NCBI GenBank assembly: GCA_964016885.1
Contig: OZ024742.1
Span: 242,172,001-242,236,000, forward strand
From: Eledone cirrhosa
Taxonomy: Eukaryota
Direction of reading: 5' to 3'
DNA length: 64,000 nucleotides
Below, piece after piece: positions 15,081-27,907 of the stretch. A program made the position numbers and the translations under genes. The notes under the pieces are model-generated. The model was not told the DNA's origin and searched no databases. It worked only from the letters and a program-made list of their open reading frames with translations. The stretch's first letter is position 1; the number at the start of each line of letters is the position of its first letter.

Positions 15081-16696
15081 ATTATTTGCTGATATCCTTA
15101 ACCCGGTCACAACAGCATTAATTTTGCTAATTATATTTAAATAATACAGACATAAATAATACACGAAAAAGGTAATTTATCAGTGAAAAAAACCTATAAA
15201 ATACACATGTTCATATTTTATCAGCTAAATGATACACCTCAGTCTTACTTTTATTCAATCTGAATTGATAACAGGCAAAACCAATATCATAGGGTTTGAA
15301 ATGAGTTCGGAAAACAAAAATCGCTTTTGTCCAAACCAGCACGCTCATCGAGCAGTCTTTAATTATGTTTTCATATAAAATGCAGATCATACAAAAAAGA
15401 GTATGTAAAGGGATATAATCAAATGCCGCAAAAGCGTATTACCCGATGCTCTACCAATACTACCAATCCATCACCGTAAGTAATATATTACTATGCTAGA
15501 ATCGATTTAAACTTTGCTTGTCGTCATTTCAGAGTCGATAAATGGAAGTAAATGTGAAGGGGAATGGCTGAATGTTTAGAATGTTGGGTTAGATGCCTAA
15601 GTATATGAGTTCAAGACCACTACTAGCCTCCTTGAGTTACTTGGTCGTAGACAGGATTATTTGGCAAGTTTAACATATCAGCTAGCAGAAATCACTTTAT
15701 TACAAGATAATTGATGAGGTTACCGATTTAATGATATTATCCTCCTTACCTTGATCTCGTCGTGAAGGCCCTCAAATGGGGCAAGGTCATTAACCTTCGC
15801 CTGATTAAACAGAGATAAAAATGCCATTATAAGGAAAACACAAGGGTCTTCTGAACCGGCTTTGTTTTCTTAATCCTTCTTTTCACAAATGTGTTTTCTC
15901 CCGAAATACAATAGTCTAATTAAATATTGCCTTTGTTATCGTTATTGTTAACAATTAATCTCGTCGTTTTTTATTGTTTTAGCTCCCCAAAATTAACTTT
16001 GCTCCAATTTCTATAAGGATTCATGCAAAATATAAGACTTTCCTACACGCATACACAAACACACGAATGCACGCACACACACTCACACAGACACACGTGC
16101 ACACTCATACACGCACAACCTATATATACATGTGTGTGTGCGCGTGTGCGTGTGCGTGCGTGTGTGTGAGTACATGTGTGTGTGTGTGTGTGAGTGTGAG
16201 TGTGCGTGTGTGAGTATATGTGTGTGCGTGTATGTATATATGTGTGTGTGTGTGTGTATTCACCATAAACATCTATGATCTTTTCCCAGTCTGAATCTAA
16301 ACAATCACAAATAGAAGATGGTTAAACGGATTACAATGTACCATAACTGTCCATCATCACCTTACAGTATTCAATTTACCACTACATGGACAGTTATCTG
16401 TTAGTTATCATTAAATCATTTATATTTTATATGCTTTTAACCAGCGTTGATATGTGAGTTGATTATTAATTATCATTTTTGAACCGCTGTATGCATATTA
16501 TTTTAGCAGCTAATCTAACAGACATATTTCTTTGTATTATCAAAGTGTTTGTTCAATATCTATTCTCAGTGCTTCAAGATTTCATTATGCAGTTAACGGT
16601 AACATCGATAAAATTGATTTTATCTGGAAAATATTTCCCTATCAGTATCTGATTTTTTTGTTTTCATTTGTATTATTATTATGACTGAAATGTCTT

Positions 16697-17630
16697 CAGG
16701 CGCTCACAGCCCTCGACCAATCGGGCAATGTGATCGGTGGAAACTCCACCTGGCGTTCTATAGAGGATTAGTGGAGGGGAAGAGCGACGACGTACTTGGG
16801 GAAACTCTAGGCGTCGACGAAAATCAACTAGCCAATCTCTTCAGAAGAACTTTCGGGCCGGGGCCTATGGACAACTTCCAGAAATTCCTGGCTGGCAGTG
16901 TTACCGAGGAGCTTTGCCAGTTCGGGATAAACTCTACAGGCATGGAGGTGCCGTCAGCCGGGCATGTCCGAGATGCGTGCAGGGCGACGAAACCGTCCTG
17001 CACGCACTCGTCCAGTGTCCGAGCATTGCTGACTTGTGGGTTTATGTCGAACACCTGCTGTCGCGTGTGGGACGGATCCGGCTATCAGTTGAGTCCATCG
17101 TGAGGATTGGCCCGCCCTCTTCCTTTAGCCGGCAAGGGCAGGCAGTTTTTATCTGTCTGGTGGCCATGGCGAAAGAGATAGTATGGTGGACACGTTTGAA
17201 AGGGCTGAAGACCAGCACTTACCTCTTCGGTGATGCCCTGATTAACTTTTTCAAATTTCATTTGAAAAGGAAAATCAGGGTAGAAAGGGAAGTGCTCTCT
17301 TCCCAGTATTTTGTTGAAAGATGGGTGAGAGAGGCAAGAATGGCCCGAGTGAATGGGCCTACTCGGAGTATGTGTCTGTAAATTAAAGGTGGAAAACTGG
17401 GAGAGGGCACTTGCCCTGGTGGTCAGGGTCACTGTGGCTTTTTAATGGGCTTTCTCCACGAATGTCCCTCGGAAGTCTCCCCCCTATTGGGGAATTTTTT
17501 CATTGTTCTATTATTACATCCTCTGTTTCTTGTTTTTACACGCAGAAATGCCCATTTGTACCGCCCTGTATTGTCGTGTACTGTCCTTAATGTCTACTTT
17601 ATGTAAACCCTTGTGGTTAATAAAGAAAGC
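16697..17630 (+). mobile_element. Tx1/L1-clade LINE 3' fragment
   Basis: LPVRDKL..CPRC..DETVLHALVQC (CCHC), ORF stop at 17381, 3'UTR and AATAAA at ~17619. One frameshift near 16885. Confidence 0.85.
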
Positions 17631-17640
17631 ATTATTGTGC

Positions 17641-17671
<31 letters not shown>

Positions 17672-17674
<3 letters not shown>

Positions 17675-17820
17675 GCTTTCCAGCATAGTTACGTCCCTTT
17701 ACGATCTGAGTTCAAATCCCGTTGACTTTGCCTTTCATCCTTACGGGGTCGATAAAATAAAGTACCAGTAATGCACTGAGTTATTTGCTGGCCTTGTGCC
17801 TAAAGTAGAAACAATTATTA
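17672..17820 (+). mobile_element. SINE copy with (ATT)n tail
   Basis: Matches the consensus. A further head fragment lies at ~17865-17930. Confidence 0.8.
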
Positions 17821-18357
17821 TTATTATTATTATTATTATTATTGTTGTTATTGTTGTTGTTATCAGTTACGGTACATCGTCGGACAACATGCTCCGTGGC
17901 ATAGAGTTACGGCCTTTTACGTTCTGAGTTAAAAACAAACGCACTTTTCATCATACTTGCTAAGAATGTACCTTCTAATTTGAATAGAAAGAGATGGGTG
18001 ATGTGTTGGTGTAATGGTAGCACAGTGGTCTGGATAACCAAAGATGTTGGTTCGAATCTCATGTACTTATCTTCTCTTCCATTTCTTTGAGGGTTCTAAA
18101 CCGTACTATGAGGCTGAAATTTCTTTAGTAAAAAATATTGCGAAAACTTCTATTTCTATTTTCAAACTCGCTCGCCAGACCCGACGTCCCTTCAATTTAT
18201 CTTATTTCTCATTCTTTCTTCTGGTGAAGAACTAGCGTACGAAATGCTAAGACCCTATTCCTTCTATTTCAAGCATTAACCTAATATATTCCTTCCATAT
18301 ACTGTACCGATTGTGTTGTTATTTCTGTTTACCTTTTACATACGTACACACACACAA

Positions 18358-18420
<63 letters not shown>

Positions 18421-18678
18421 TGAAGAGAGAAACTTCGTAGTCGAGGAATCTAGGAGCAGTTTAGGTATGATACATGTTATTACTAATTATATCTAAATGT
18501 TTCTTCTCTCTTCATAATGTATTTTTAACTCTGATACTGGTTCAGTCTAATTCAACCGGATTGGTCTGTCCCAGTCATTCATTGAGCAACATCGGTAAGG
18601 TTTGCACCATTAACTCACGGTTGGGTGTGGATGCATTCATGTATATGTGTGCGTCCGCATGTATCTGTGTGTTTCTAA

Positions 18679-18764
<86 letters not shown>

Positions 18765-18867
18765 TCATATTTATATATGCATTAAATCTCCATCAAATCT
18801 TTAGTTCATTGATGAATCTAGTTTTTTGTGTCATTTGGTATCTAGTGGTATATATATATATATATAT

Positions 18868-18937
<70 letters not shown>

Positions 18938-19315
18938 TGTGGGTAGAAATGTTATTGATTTAATACAGCAGTGATCATGTTTATCTCATTTTGAATTCTG
19001 CCTTAATTTATTTTTGCGGTTGTTATTTGTGTTGCCTAGCCGCAGTGCAACCCTGGTGGGGCGGGTTTCGTATCTAAAGAATTATAGCTGTGATCATCAT
19101 GTCTGTTTGATATCGTGGTCTTCGTATCCTATGCATCATACTTTATTTATGTTAGAACGGTGTAATCCACTGGAGATTTATTTACCTGTCAGGTAGGTTC
19201 AGCTCCCATTAGTAGATCCATTTTTAACACCTAAATATTTCCTAAATATTATTCTTATTAATTTATTATTGTTTTTCTAGTATTTTGTGAGCTTTTTTTA
19301 TATTTCCTATTACAG

Positions 19316-19429
19316 ATTTTACCTGGATGCAAGCAACTTTACACGCAAGAGTTAGACGTCAGGTGTCGAATATGTGGGGACCAGGCATCTGGTTTTCATT
19401 ATGGTGTACATTCGTGTGAAGGATGTAAG
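19316..19429 (+). CDS. PPAR: PPAR-like (NR1C) nuclear receptor, exon encoding zinc finger 1 (not in ORF track)
   Basis: Acceptor ttacAG at 19314-15, donor AAG|GTAACC. Translates [38 protein letters not shown] (C4 finger, P-box CEGCKG). Phase 0/0, no in-frame Met, so an upstream exon is needed. Confidence 0.95.
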
Positions 19430-19652
19430 GTAACCGTTTTTATAAATTGTTATTTGTTCTGAGCATTATGGTTAGTTATATTGATAAATAGTTTAGATAA
19501 TCTTTTGGTGAAACTCTCCTCATAAAGAAGAGACGCTTTTCAAAAATCAAAATTTAAACCGCCTGAACTGTGACGAGCACTATATATACCTCTATAGAAA
19601 ATCATTTGCAGTTCTTTTACTACTTCTAATATTATGCACGCATATAAATATG

Positions 19653-19710
<58 letters not shown>

Positions 19711-19943
19711 AGAGTCGGGACACAACGGCTGAGCTCTTACCGTTTCGACGGCTGGTTCCAGACAAACACACACACACAAACATATATATATATGATTACA
19801 TAATAAACAACTCAATATCATTGAATTGTGTTGTTTAATTATGTAATTAAATAGCTCTGTACTATACATAGAGCACTATTCTTTCCTTTACCTTTTTAAT
19901 GGAAATACATTATATGTGTGTATGTATGTATGTATGTATATAT

Positions 19944-20470
19944 GTCGGGTCACTCTTGAGTGCTACTAGTAACATGTAACCCAGTACGACCTGTCGCATG
20001 GTCGGGTCGTCGACGACTAAACCGGCAGCCCCACCAAGTTTACTTAGTGAGGAGGGTGATTTTGGACACCTTGCAGGACAAAAAACAAAACCTGACAAAG
20101 GGCGGAAGAATTCATAAGAGTCAACAGCCATCCAAAAGTGTGTAAATATGTATATACACATGTACATATGTATGTATATGTATATGTGTGTATACATGGA
20201 TGCATGTGTATGTATATGCGCGGGGACATAGAAATATCCAGGCTGGACGCCCGATTGCGCGGTTAAACCACTGGGAATGAAGGATCCCTAATCTTTGTCA
20301 GGACATTCTTCTAGGAGAAGGCAACTCAGGAGACTGGGATAACTCCGATATAAAACCTGCGGCTCAGTAGTTACCGATAATGTTGATCTTGCCTTCTTTT
20401 CGGGTTATAGCTACTGTCACTCAGAGAGTGGGATTGGCTCAGTGCACATTCTTTCCTCACTTAAAAAAAT
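19944..20470 (+). mobile_element. Two GC-richer interspersed repeat fragments, possibly RTE 5'UTR-derived
   Basis: Non-coding islands between microsatellites. The motif CTAGGAGAAGG..AACTCCGATATAAAACC recalls RTE 5'UTRs (from memory, unverified). Confidence 0.3.
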
Positions 20471-20593
20471 ATCTTTACATACAGGCATTGCACGATAGAA
20501 TTAATTAACTATAATTAATAATGGTATATCGTGCAATAGCAATACTCGATAACGAGGGGGCAGCCATCATATATATATGTGAGTGTGCATATA

Positions 20594-20905
20594 TATATAT
20601 AAATATATATATACAGAGATATCCACGGTAAGTTGTGGGTTCCAGTCTGCATGAGGAACTCAATGTAATCCATATGTTGAAAATGTTGTAGGTTAAAATA
20701 AATCCCGGAAAACAATAAAACATTAAAAGGAAAACACAGTCATGATATAAGTTAAAAATCAAGTCATTAGAAATATACTTCACTGCTATACGATCGTTTC
20801 TATGTGATGATAATACATTGTAACTATACTTCGTTATCGCTCTATGTAAGGTTAGTTACAAAATATCAGATAGGGAAATATTTACTTACATGCATATCAC
20901 CAGCT
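20594..20905 (-). mobile_element. PLE-like pLTR remnant (second, shorter copy at 36043-36190)
   Basis: Two near-identical copies, each abutting (TA)n. Decayed CTGGTGA-TATG...CATA-GAAACGATCGTA on -. Confidence 0.5.
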
Positions 20906-21177
20906 TTTGTCAAAAGCAATAAGAATTGTATTCAAAATTAGTAGTAAATTAGTAGTAAGGTGAGTTCTATGATCTTATTTGGAGGTAGCTGAAGAACAAA
21001 CCAATCAGATTGTTTTTTTCCATATGATGTTAAGATGAAAAATAATTCACTTTAGTTGAGCTCATGACTCTTTGAAAGGAATGGTTGAATGGTGTTAACA
21101 ATAGAATTGGTATAAAGAATCTATTAGGAAGAAGAGGATTGTCAAATTGATAGTTGAATGTATATGGTATAATGAAG

Positions 21178-21537
<360 letters not shown>

Positions 21538-21960
21538 ATATATATATATATTTAAAAAAAAAAATATATATATATATATTCACATATACATATTCTGTAT
21601 GTATATATATACGTGAATAAATTTATGTGTTTGTAAGTAGATACAAACTTCATACATCATGAATTGACCAGCAGGGCGGGTTTCGCTTTGCGTGACTAAT
21701 ACATCCAGAATAGGGGAACAAGCAGCCAAAGTTAGACCAAGATGTAGAATATATTTGTCTTTAACAACACTATTGTTTCTCCTAATAGTAAATATGTATT
21801 CCCAATTATAACCCTGTGAATCAACATATTCGTAACTAACTTAAACGTATGATTCCTACTATTTCAAGCGTTAAACTAAAATATTTCTTCAATGTACTAT
21901 GTAGTTTGCTTTGTTATTTCTGTTTACGTTTATATACCTATATATATATATATATATATG

Positions 21961-22407
21961 CAGAGGTTTTATTTAATTTGTTGGGATTCAACAAGCTTTA
22001 ACAATTTTATAACTGATATAAAGCACTCAACAATTAGTGGAGTAAATACACAATATATTAATAAATGGAAACTATATTTATAAAACCATATTTATTTTAT
22101 TATATATATTTCAAGGGCAACGAAGGCAAATTATGGTGCGCTTTCATCAGATAAAATACAGATTTGTTTTATAAATAAATATTGACACACCCGGAAAAAA
22201 GACAACCTTAACGGTTGGAGAACCCTGGATAATCCAGGGAGCTCCAATCGTTAAGGTTGTCTTTTTTCCGGGTGTGTCAATATTTATTTATAAAACAAAT
22301 CTGTATTTTATCTGATGAAAGCGCACCATAATTTGCCTTCGTTGCCCTTGAAATATATATAATAAAATAAATATGGTTTTATAAATATAGTTTCCATTTA
22401 TTAATAT

Positions 22408-22412
<5 letters not shown>
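21961..22412 (-). mobile_element. Fold-back PLE-like element; 181 bp arms 22050-22230 and 22232-22412, tail 21961-22049
   Basis: Near-perfect palindrome (about 3 mismatches seen), 1 nt apex, (TA)n on both sides. Confidence 0.85.
22304..22369 (+). ncRNA. Type I hammerhead, canonical core (identical mirror 22093-22158 on -)
   Basis: TATTTTAT-CTGATGA-AAGCGCA...TGCCCTT-GAA-ATATATAT-A-ATAAAATA. 8 bp stem I, palindromic stem III. Confidence 0.8.
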
Positions 22413-22467
<55 letters not shown>

Positions 22468-23046
22468 TGTTTATTAAATTGCACTTAATGCAGGCGTAAA
22501 CTCCGTTCAGCACTCAATGCGATAATTTGATCCCAAGGTGTAATAGTGTCGACCCAGAGGACGTTTACTCGGTTTTTCTGCAAAGTAGGGACAGGGTATG
22601 ATTGCTACTTGGTATCAGGTAAAATCACAAAGCGTAATAACCTTTAGTTTAACGTATGATTATTACCTTACACACACTTTGTTAGAGCTTCAAAATCTCT
22701 ATAATTCGGCTCCTTAGGTAATGACTCTTCAAACCTATTAAAAATCAACTTTTAAAGAGATAATCAGAAAACTTTTGAACAGGTGGTGTTTTTAAAGAGA
22801 GGGAGATAGAGGGGGAGAGGGAGAGAGAGAGAGGGAGACGGAGAGAGAAAGTGGGAGAGATAGAACGAGGAGCAATAGAGAGATCAGTTTATTTCCTTAA
22901 ACACATTTCCTCTGTTATCAGGTGGAAACACGTTAATTTGTCTTACTGTCGGCTTTTGATATCCAGAGATTCTGATTACGTGTGATCTGACAGGTGACAA
23001 ACATGTATATATACAAAAAACACCTATCTCTCTCTTTATCTATCTA

Positions 23047-23118
<72 letters not shown>

Positions 23119-24120
23119 TCTCTCTCTCTATCTATCTATCTCTATTCACACACAGGTACACTTACATTCACGCACCTATATATCGGCCCTTTTATCATGT
23201 GCCTGCTAGTATGTAGATATGTATATATGTACATGTGCACGTTTGTAAATATATATCAGTATTGTTCTGTTTATCCCCCCCCCAACTCTCCCTCACTCTC
23301 TCTCCCCATCTTTATTATTAGATATCACTTAAGTAACCTTATATTGTACAATGTACTATCGTATATTACAACTTAGTATTTATACAAAAGTTTTAACTCA
23401 ATAATGGCTTGCGGTTTATCACTAATGTCTATTGAACACAACCAATGTGTCAGGAAAAGTAAATATTATAGGATTATATTACTTACTAAGCTCTACTTAA
23501 AACTATTTTAACTTAATTATTGATTATTTGAAGAACCACCTATATTCCCTTAAATATGGACATACATAAGTATTTTGAAATCCTATATATTAAACGTTTT
23601 TATTTATTTATTTTATTATATTTATTTTTTTCAAATCTTATCCTTTTTCTCCTTTTTCTTCTTCTGAATTTTATAAAATAAAGTTTAGATATAATGTAGG
23701 CTCGGTTCGAATATTTAAAGATATTTCTTATCTTAATCTTAAGACGTCAGTCTATGAAAAACAGAAAGCAGGAAACTGTACACTTGAAATATCATAATAT
23801 ATGACAGCGAGCTGCGAGACGCCAATCCAGGTAGATCTACTGTATTTAGTCTTGATTTTGACATCACATCTCAGATATCAACTTTGATTTTATAAAAGGT
23901 GCTTCAGTACTAGTGTCATTCCGCCTACTGATAAACCATCGGTTCGGAAAATTTCATTGTCGATCGAATATTTTTGTTGTATTTGTCCCGATCCACGCTT
24001 CGTTGCCCATTTGTGTGCTACTTCGTTTTCCACGTGATTCGTTATGTTTCTGTTTTGGTTCATTTAAAATCCATTTCATTGAATTTAATTTAGTATATAT
24101 ATAGAGATAGAGAGATGCGT

Positions 24121-24176
24121 AAAATCCCTATCAACGGCACAAAGCCGAAACCGCTTGGCGCCGTGGTCGAGGTTTT
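24121..24176 (+). ncRNA. Decayed hammerhead fold
   Basis: GGC(ACAAA)GCC-GAA-ACCGC...GTGGT-C-GAGGTTTT. The CUGAUGA box is degenerate (CTATCAA). Confidence 0.4.
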
Positions 24177-24502
24177 ACACATCGCTATACCCACTCTACA
24201 TCACCCCATGTATCGAGAACTCACATGATTAGGGGTCTCCTAGGTTTCAGCACTACAGACTCTCTTTCTCTCTCTGTCTCTCTCTATCCCCCTCTCTCTC
24301 TCTCACAGACACACACACACACTCTCTCTCTCTCTCTATTTATATATATATATATATGCACATAAATATTTCATCTGATGAGCGTACTGGACGTTTCTGT
24401 TAAGGTAATAAATAATTATATTATGTTGTTTATTATATAATTAAATAAATAAAAATAAATATATATATATATGTATATATATGTGTGTATGTGTGCGCGC
24501 GC

Positions 24503-24594
<92 letters not shown>

Positions 24595-24596
<2 letters not shown>

Positions 24597-24968
24597 TGGT
24601 AGCTAAGATGGTTCCATAGGCGGTATGCTGGTTGAGCACTCTATACTCTTACAGACCAGAGTATGAAACGAACAAACGAAAAATCAGTGATGCCTCTGGA
24701 CTCAATTTATTGTGTGTTACAATTGTTTCGCCGGCGGACAGCTCGAGACGTGATCATTGTGTGGATCTGTCTGATTCTGAATCCGCAGGTTCGACGGACA
24801 CGTCTAATGATTTCGTGAGACAATATGCTCCTAAATCATTAGACGTGTCCGTCGAACGTGCGGATCCAGAATCAGACAGATCCACACAATGATCGCGTCT
24901 TGAGCTGTCCGCCGGCGAAACAATTGAAACACACAATAAATTGAGTCCAGATGCATCACTGAATTTTC
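24595..24968 (-). mobile_element. Fold-back PLE-like element; arms ~24680-24812 and 24833-24968, tail 24595-24679
   Basis: About 133 bp reverse-complementary arms with a 20 nt spacer, between (TG)n and (TA)n. Confidence 0.8.
24714..24801 (-). ncRNA. Hammerhead-like motif with CCGUCGA core (mirror 24845-24932 on +)
   Basis: GTGT-CCGTCGA-ACCTGCGGA...TCCGCCGGC-GAA-ACAATTGT-A-ACAC, followed by AATAAA. Confidence 0.6.
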
Positions 24969-25126
24969 ATTTTCTATTATATATATATATATATATAATA
25001 CTGACTTCTGCCTGACCGACCCCATTTCACGCGCACGCGCGCTCTGCTGAATACCTCAGATATTCAAAACAACGAACAGCGGAGGGCACGTTTCGCACCT
25101 TTCCGACAGACCCCCCCCCGAAAAAA

Positions 25127-25162
25127 CCCCAGTTGATGGATGTGAATCCGAAATATATAGGG
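25127..25162 (+). ncRNA. Minimal hammerhead-like motif with CAGUUGA core
   Basis: CCC-CAGTTGA-T-GGAT(GTGA)ATCC-GAA-ATATAT-A-GGG, then ATTAAA and a ~260 nt tail to (TA)n. Confidence 0.55.
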
Positions 25163-25420
25163 ACAATTAAATCTCTCCCGAGGTAACTATTTCTCGTGTT
25201 GTTATTTTTATTTTTATCCTTTACGCTCTTGGCTTCATTCCTCTACACGTTACAGTCTTATACACGCCACGCATCTCAACGTACACCCACTTACACATCT
25301 CTCTCCACCACTGGATCCTGTTACCCGGAGATTTACCCATCAGAATTGTCGAGGCTTCCAAACGACTTAAAGAAATTTACCTTATTATTCCACAATGCTT
25401 CAAGCAAACTTCAATACTCT

Positions 25421-25490
<70 letters not shown>

Positions 25491-25493
<3 letters not shown>

Positions 25494-27251
25494 TTGCGAG
25501 GTTTTTTATATGAAATCGTGTGTCGAAACAAATATTGTTATACTTGGGGAGGGTCATATTTGTGTAATATTGCCAGAATTAATAACAGAACACACTCACT
25601 GTTTGGTTGGTTTTCGCTTTTCGCTTCTGTGTCTTTTATATCGGTAACCTAATTTACTCGGTCCTCAATGTTGCCATTGACTGACCGACGGTCAAAAATA
25701 ATACAGATGCAATATAGACACAAACACATATATATAGTTTATCATAAATCTTTCGTTGCACATCTGCAACATCGTCAGTGGGGCTATCGTTTCCTCCCGT
25801 TGTATTGTATGTCTACGCCATTTTTATTCAGTCTGTCTATATATTTATTTATTTATTTGCTGTTTGTTTATTTTATTTTGTCTTCTTTGCGCATGCGTTT
25901 GCGTGTGTGTATAGTGTTTTGTTTGCTGTGTGATGTGTGTTCATGATTGGGTGACTAGTGTGTGTTTATGTGCTTGTGTATGTATTTATTTATTTATTTA
26001 TTTATTTATTTTATTTTATTTACTTATTTATACTTCTCTTAGGTCAGTGTTGTTTGTTTGGGCGTTGTTGTTATTCCATTTATTCTTTCTGTTTAGTCTT
26101 GGTCTTCTAAGTTCTATTTCACTGGCCTCTCTGATTTGCCTATCTGCTGGGTCATTTCTATGTTTAGATATTATTCTAATTTCTATGTTGTCTATGTTAC
26201 CGTCATGTTGTTGTCTAGCATGACCCGTTTTTTCGTCCTTTTAGTTCCCCCCAGTGTTGGTCTATCCATTCTCCTATGCTACGAGCTGTCTCACCTATGT
26301 ATGCTGTTGTCATGTTTCTGCAAGTACCCTCTGTAGATCTTATGCTATAGACTACGTTTCTACTTTTACAGTTTATCCGGGGGTTTACCTTACATATGAT
26401 ACATTTCCTATTGGTACAGTGGGTTTTCTTAAAAGGGTAGGTTTTGCTGATCAGGGATTTTATGGTGGTTCCTGGCTTTTCTACCACCTTAATTTTTAAG
26501 TGGGTCTTTCTCAGGGCCTTTCTACACTGGTTAGCTAATTTCCCTCCAGGGGTAGCGTCCACAAACATGACACTCTGGTATCTCTGGTTGTCGTACCATG
26601 AGGTGGCTTTCCCTATCTTATGTCTAGCCCTATCTAAGATATTCCACGATTTGCTCCTGTATAATGGGAAAATTCCATTCATGTCCAGTTCTATGAGGGT
26701 CTTATACTTCTCCGTGGCTCCTTCGTATACTCTGATTCTGTCTCTTTGGTTGTAAATAAATAAAATAAAATAAATAAATAAATAAATAAATAAATAAATA
26801 CATACACAAGCACATAAACACACACTAGTCACCCAATCATGAACACACATCACACATCAAACAAAATACTATACACACACGCAAACGCATGCGCAAAGAA
26901 GACAAAATAAAATAAACAAACAAGCAAATAAGTAAATAAATATATAGACAGACTGAATAAAAATGGCGTAGACATACAATACAACGGGAGGAAATGATAG
27001 CCCCACTGACGATGTTGCAGATGTGCAACGAAAGATTTATGATAAACTATATATATGTGTTTGTGTCTATATTGTATCTGTATTATTTTTGACCGTCGGT
27101 CAGTCAATGGCAACATTGAGGACCGAGTAAATTAGATTACCGATATAAAAGACACAGAAGCGAAAAGCGAAAACCAACCAAACAGTGAGTGTGTTCTGTT
27201 ATTAATTCTGGCAATATTACACAAATATGACCCTCCCAAGTATAACAATAT
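25491..27251 (-). mobile_element. 5'-truncated Penelope-like element with inverted pLTRs (arms ~25533-26030 and ~26752-27251)
   Basis: About 500 bp inverted arms enclose a GIY-YIG ORF remnant. Short tail 25491-25532, (TA)n flanks. Hammerhead-type core CTGACGA-T-GTTGCA(GATG)TGCAAC-GAAA in each arm (25751-25778 -, 27006-27033 +), stems I and III not resolved. Confidence 0.9.
26039..26751 (-). pseudogene. PLE polyprotein C-terminus: RT thumb end, Cys-rich linker and GIY-YIG endonuclease (Neptune-like)
   Basis: SVMFVDATPGGKLA..KVVEKPG..CTNRKCIIC..CKSRNVVYSI..AYIGETARS; after a frameshift near 26230, HARQQH..RQIREASEI..LNRK. Confidence 0.88.
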
Positions 27252-27587
27252 ATATATATATACAGAAAGAGAGAGAGAGAGAGATGGCGAGTAAAATTGG
27301 AGCAAAGGAGGTACCATCAAGATCTAATATTCTATAGTTGCCCGCGTAATATACCTCTGGTGTACAGGCGCATGTGCTTGTATTTGTGTGTTTCTGCATA
27401 CACATATATACATATCAGATTAACTAGAAAAAATCCTTTTACATAGAGAGAGATAAATGCTTTAGCTGTTTGGATAAACGCCCTGGGAAATACCAGATCA
27501 ATAGCGAATAAATTATTATAGTCAGCCACATTATTCAGAACACTTTTACGTGTAGTCCATATGAATATATATATATATATATATACA

Positions 27588-27876
27588 TGGAAAGTTATAT
27601 TTAAATTGTTGGGTTACAACTAGTAAATATTTATAACTGATATAAAAGCACTCAACAAGTATTTGGAGTATATTTACGATATTAAATAAATGGAAAATCA
27701 ACTTTTTCAAATACAAGTCGATGTTGAACGGTATGTCAAATCTATTTATCTATAAAACTGTCTATATTGTATTTTGTCTGAGGAAGGCATAACATATTGT
27801 TAATATGATATCCCTGAAATATATATAATGAAATAAATATGGTTTTATAAATATAGTTTCCATTTATTTAATATCG

Positions 27877-27878
<2 letters not shown>
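27588..27878. mobile_element. Older relative of the 21961-22412 fold-back family
   Basis: Same tail, short inverted arm ACGATATTAAATAAATGGAAA / TTTCCATTTATTTAATATCGT, hammerhead on +. Confidence 0.7.
27770..27835 (+). ncRNA. Type I hammerhead, CUGAGGA core
   Basis: TATTTTGT-CTGAGGA-AGGCATA...TATCCCT-GAA-ATATATAT-A-ATGAAATA. Stems differ from the 22304 copy but remain paired. Confidence 0.7.

Positions 27879-27907
<29 letters not shown>

Noticed and set aside
24374-24400. CTGATGAGC on + overlapping GAAACGTC on -
   Set aside because: The halves are on opposite strands, so no complete fold forms.
24632-24936. Same peptide on both strands (SIVSPADSSRRDHCVDLSDS)
   Set aside because: A consequence of the inverted repeat, not a gene.
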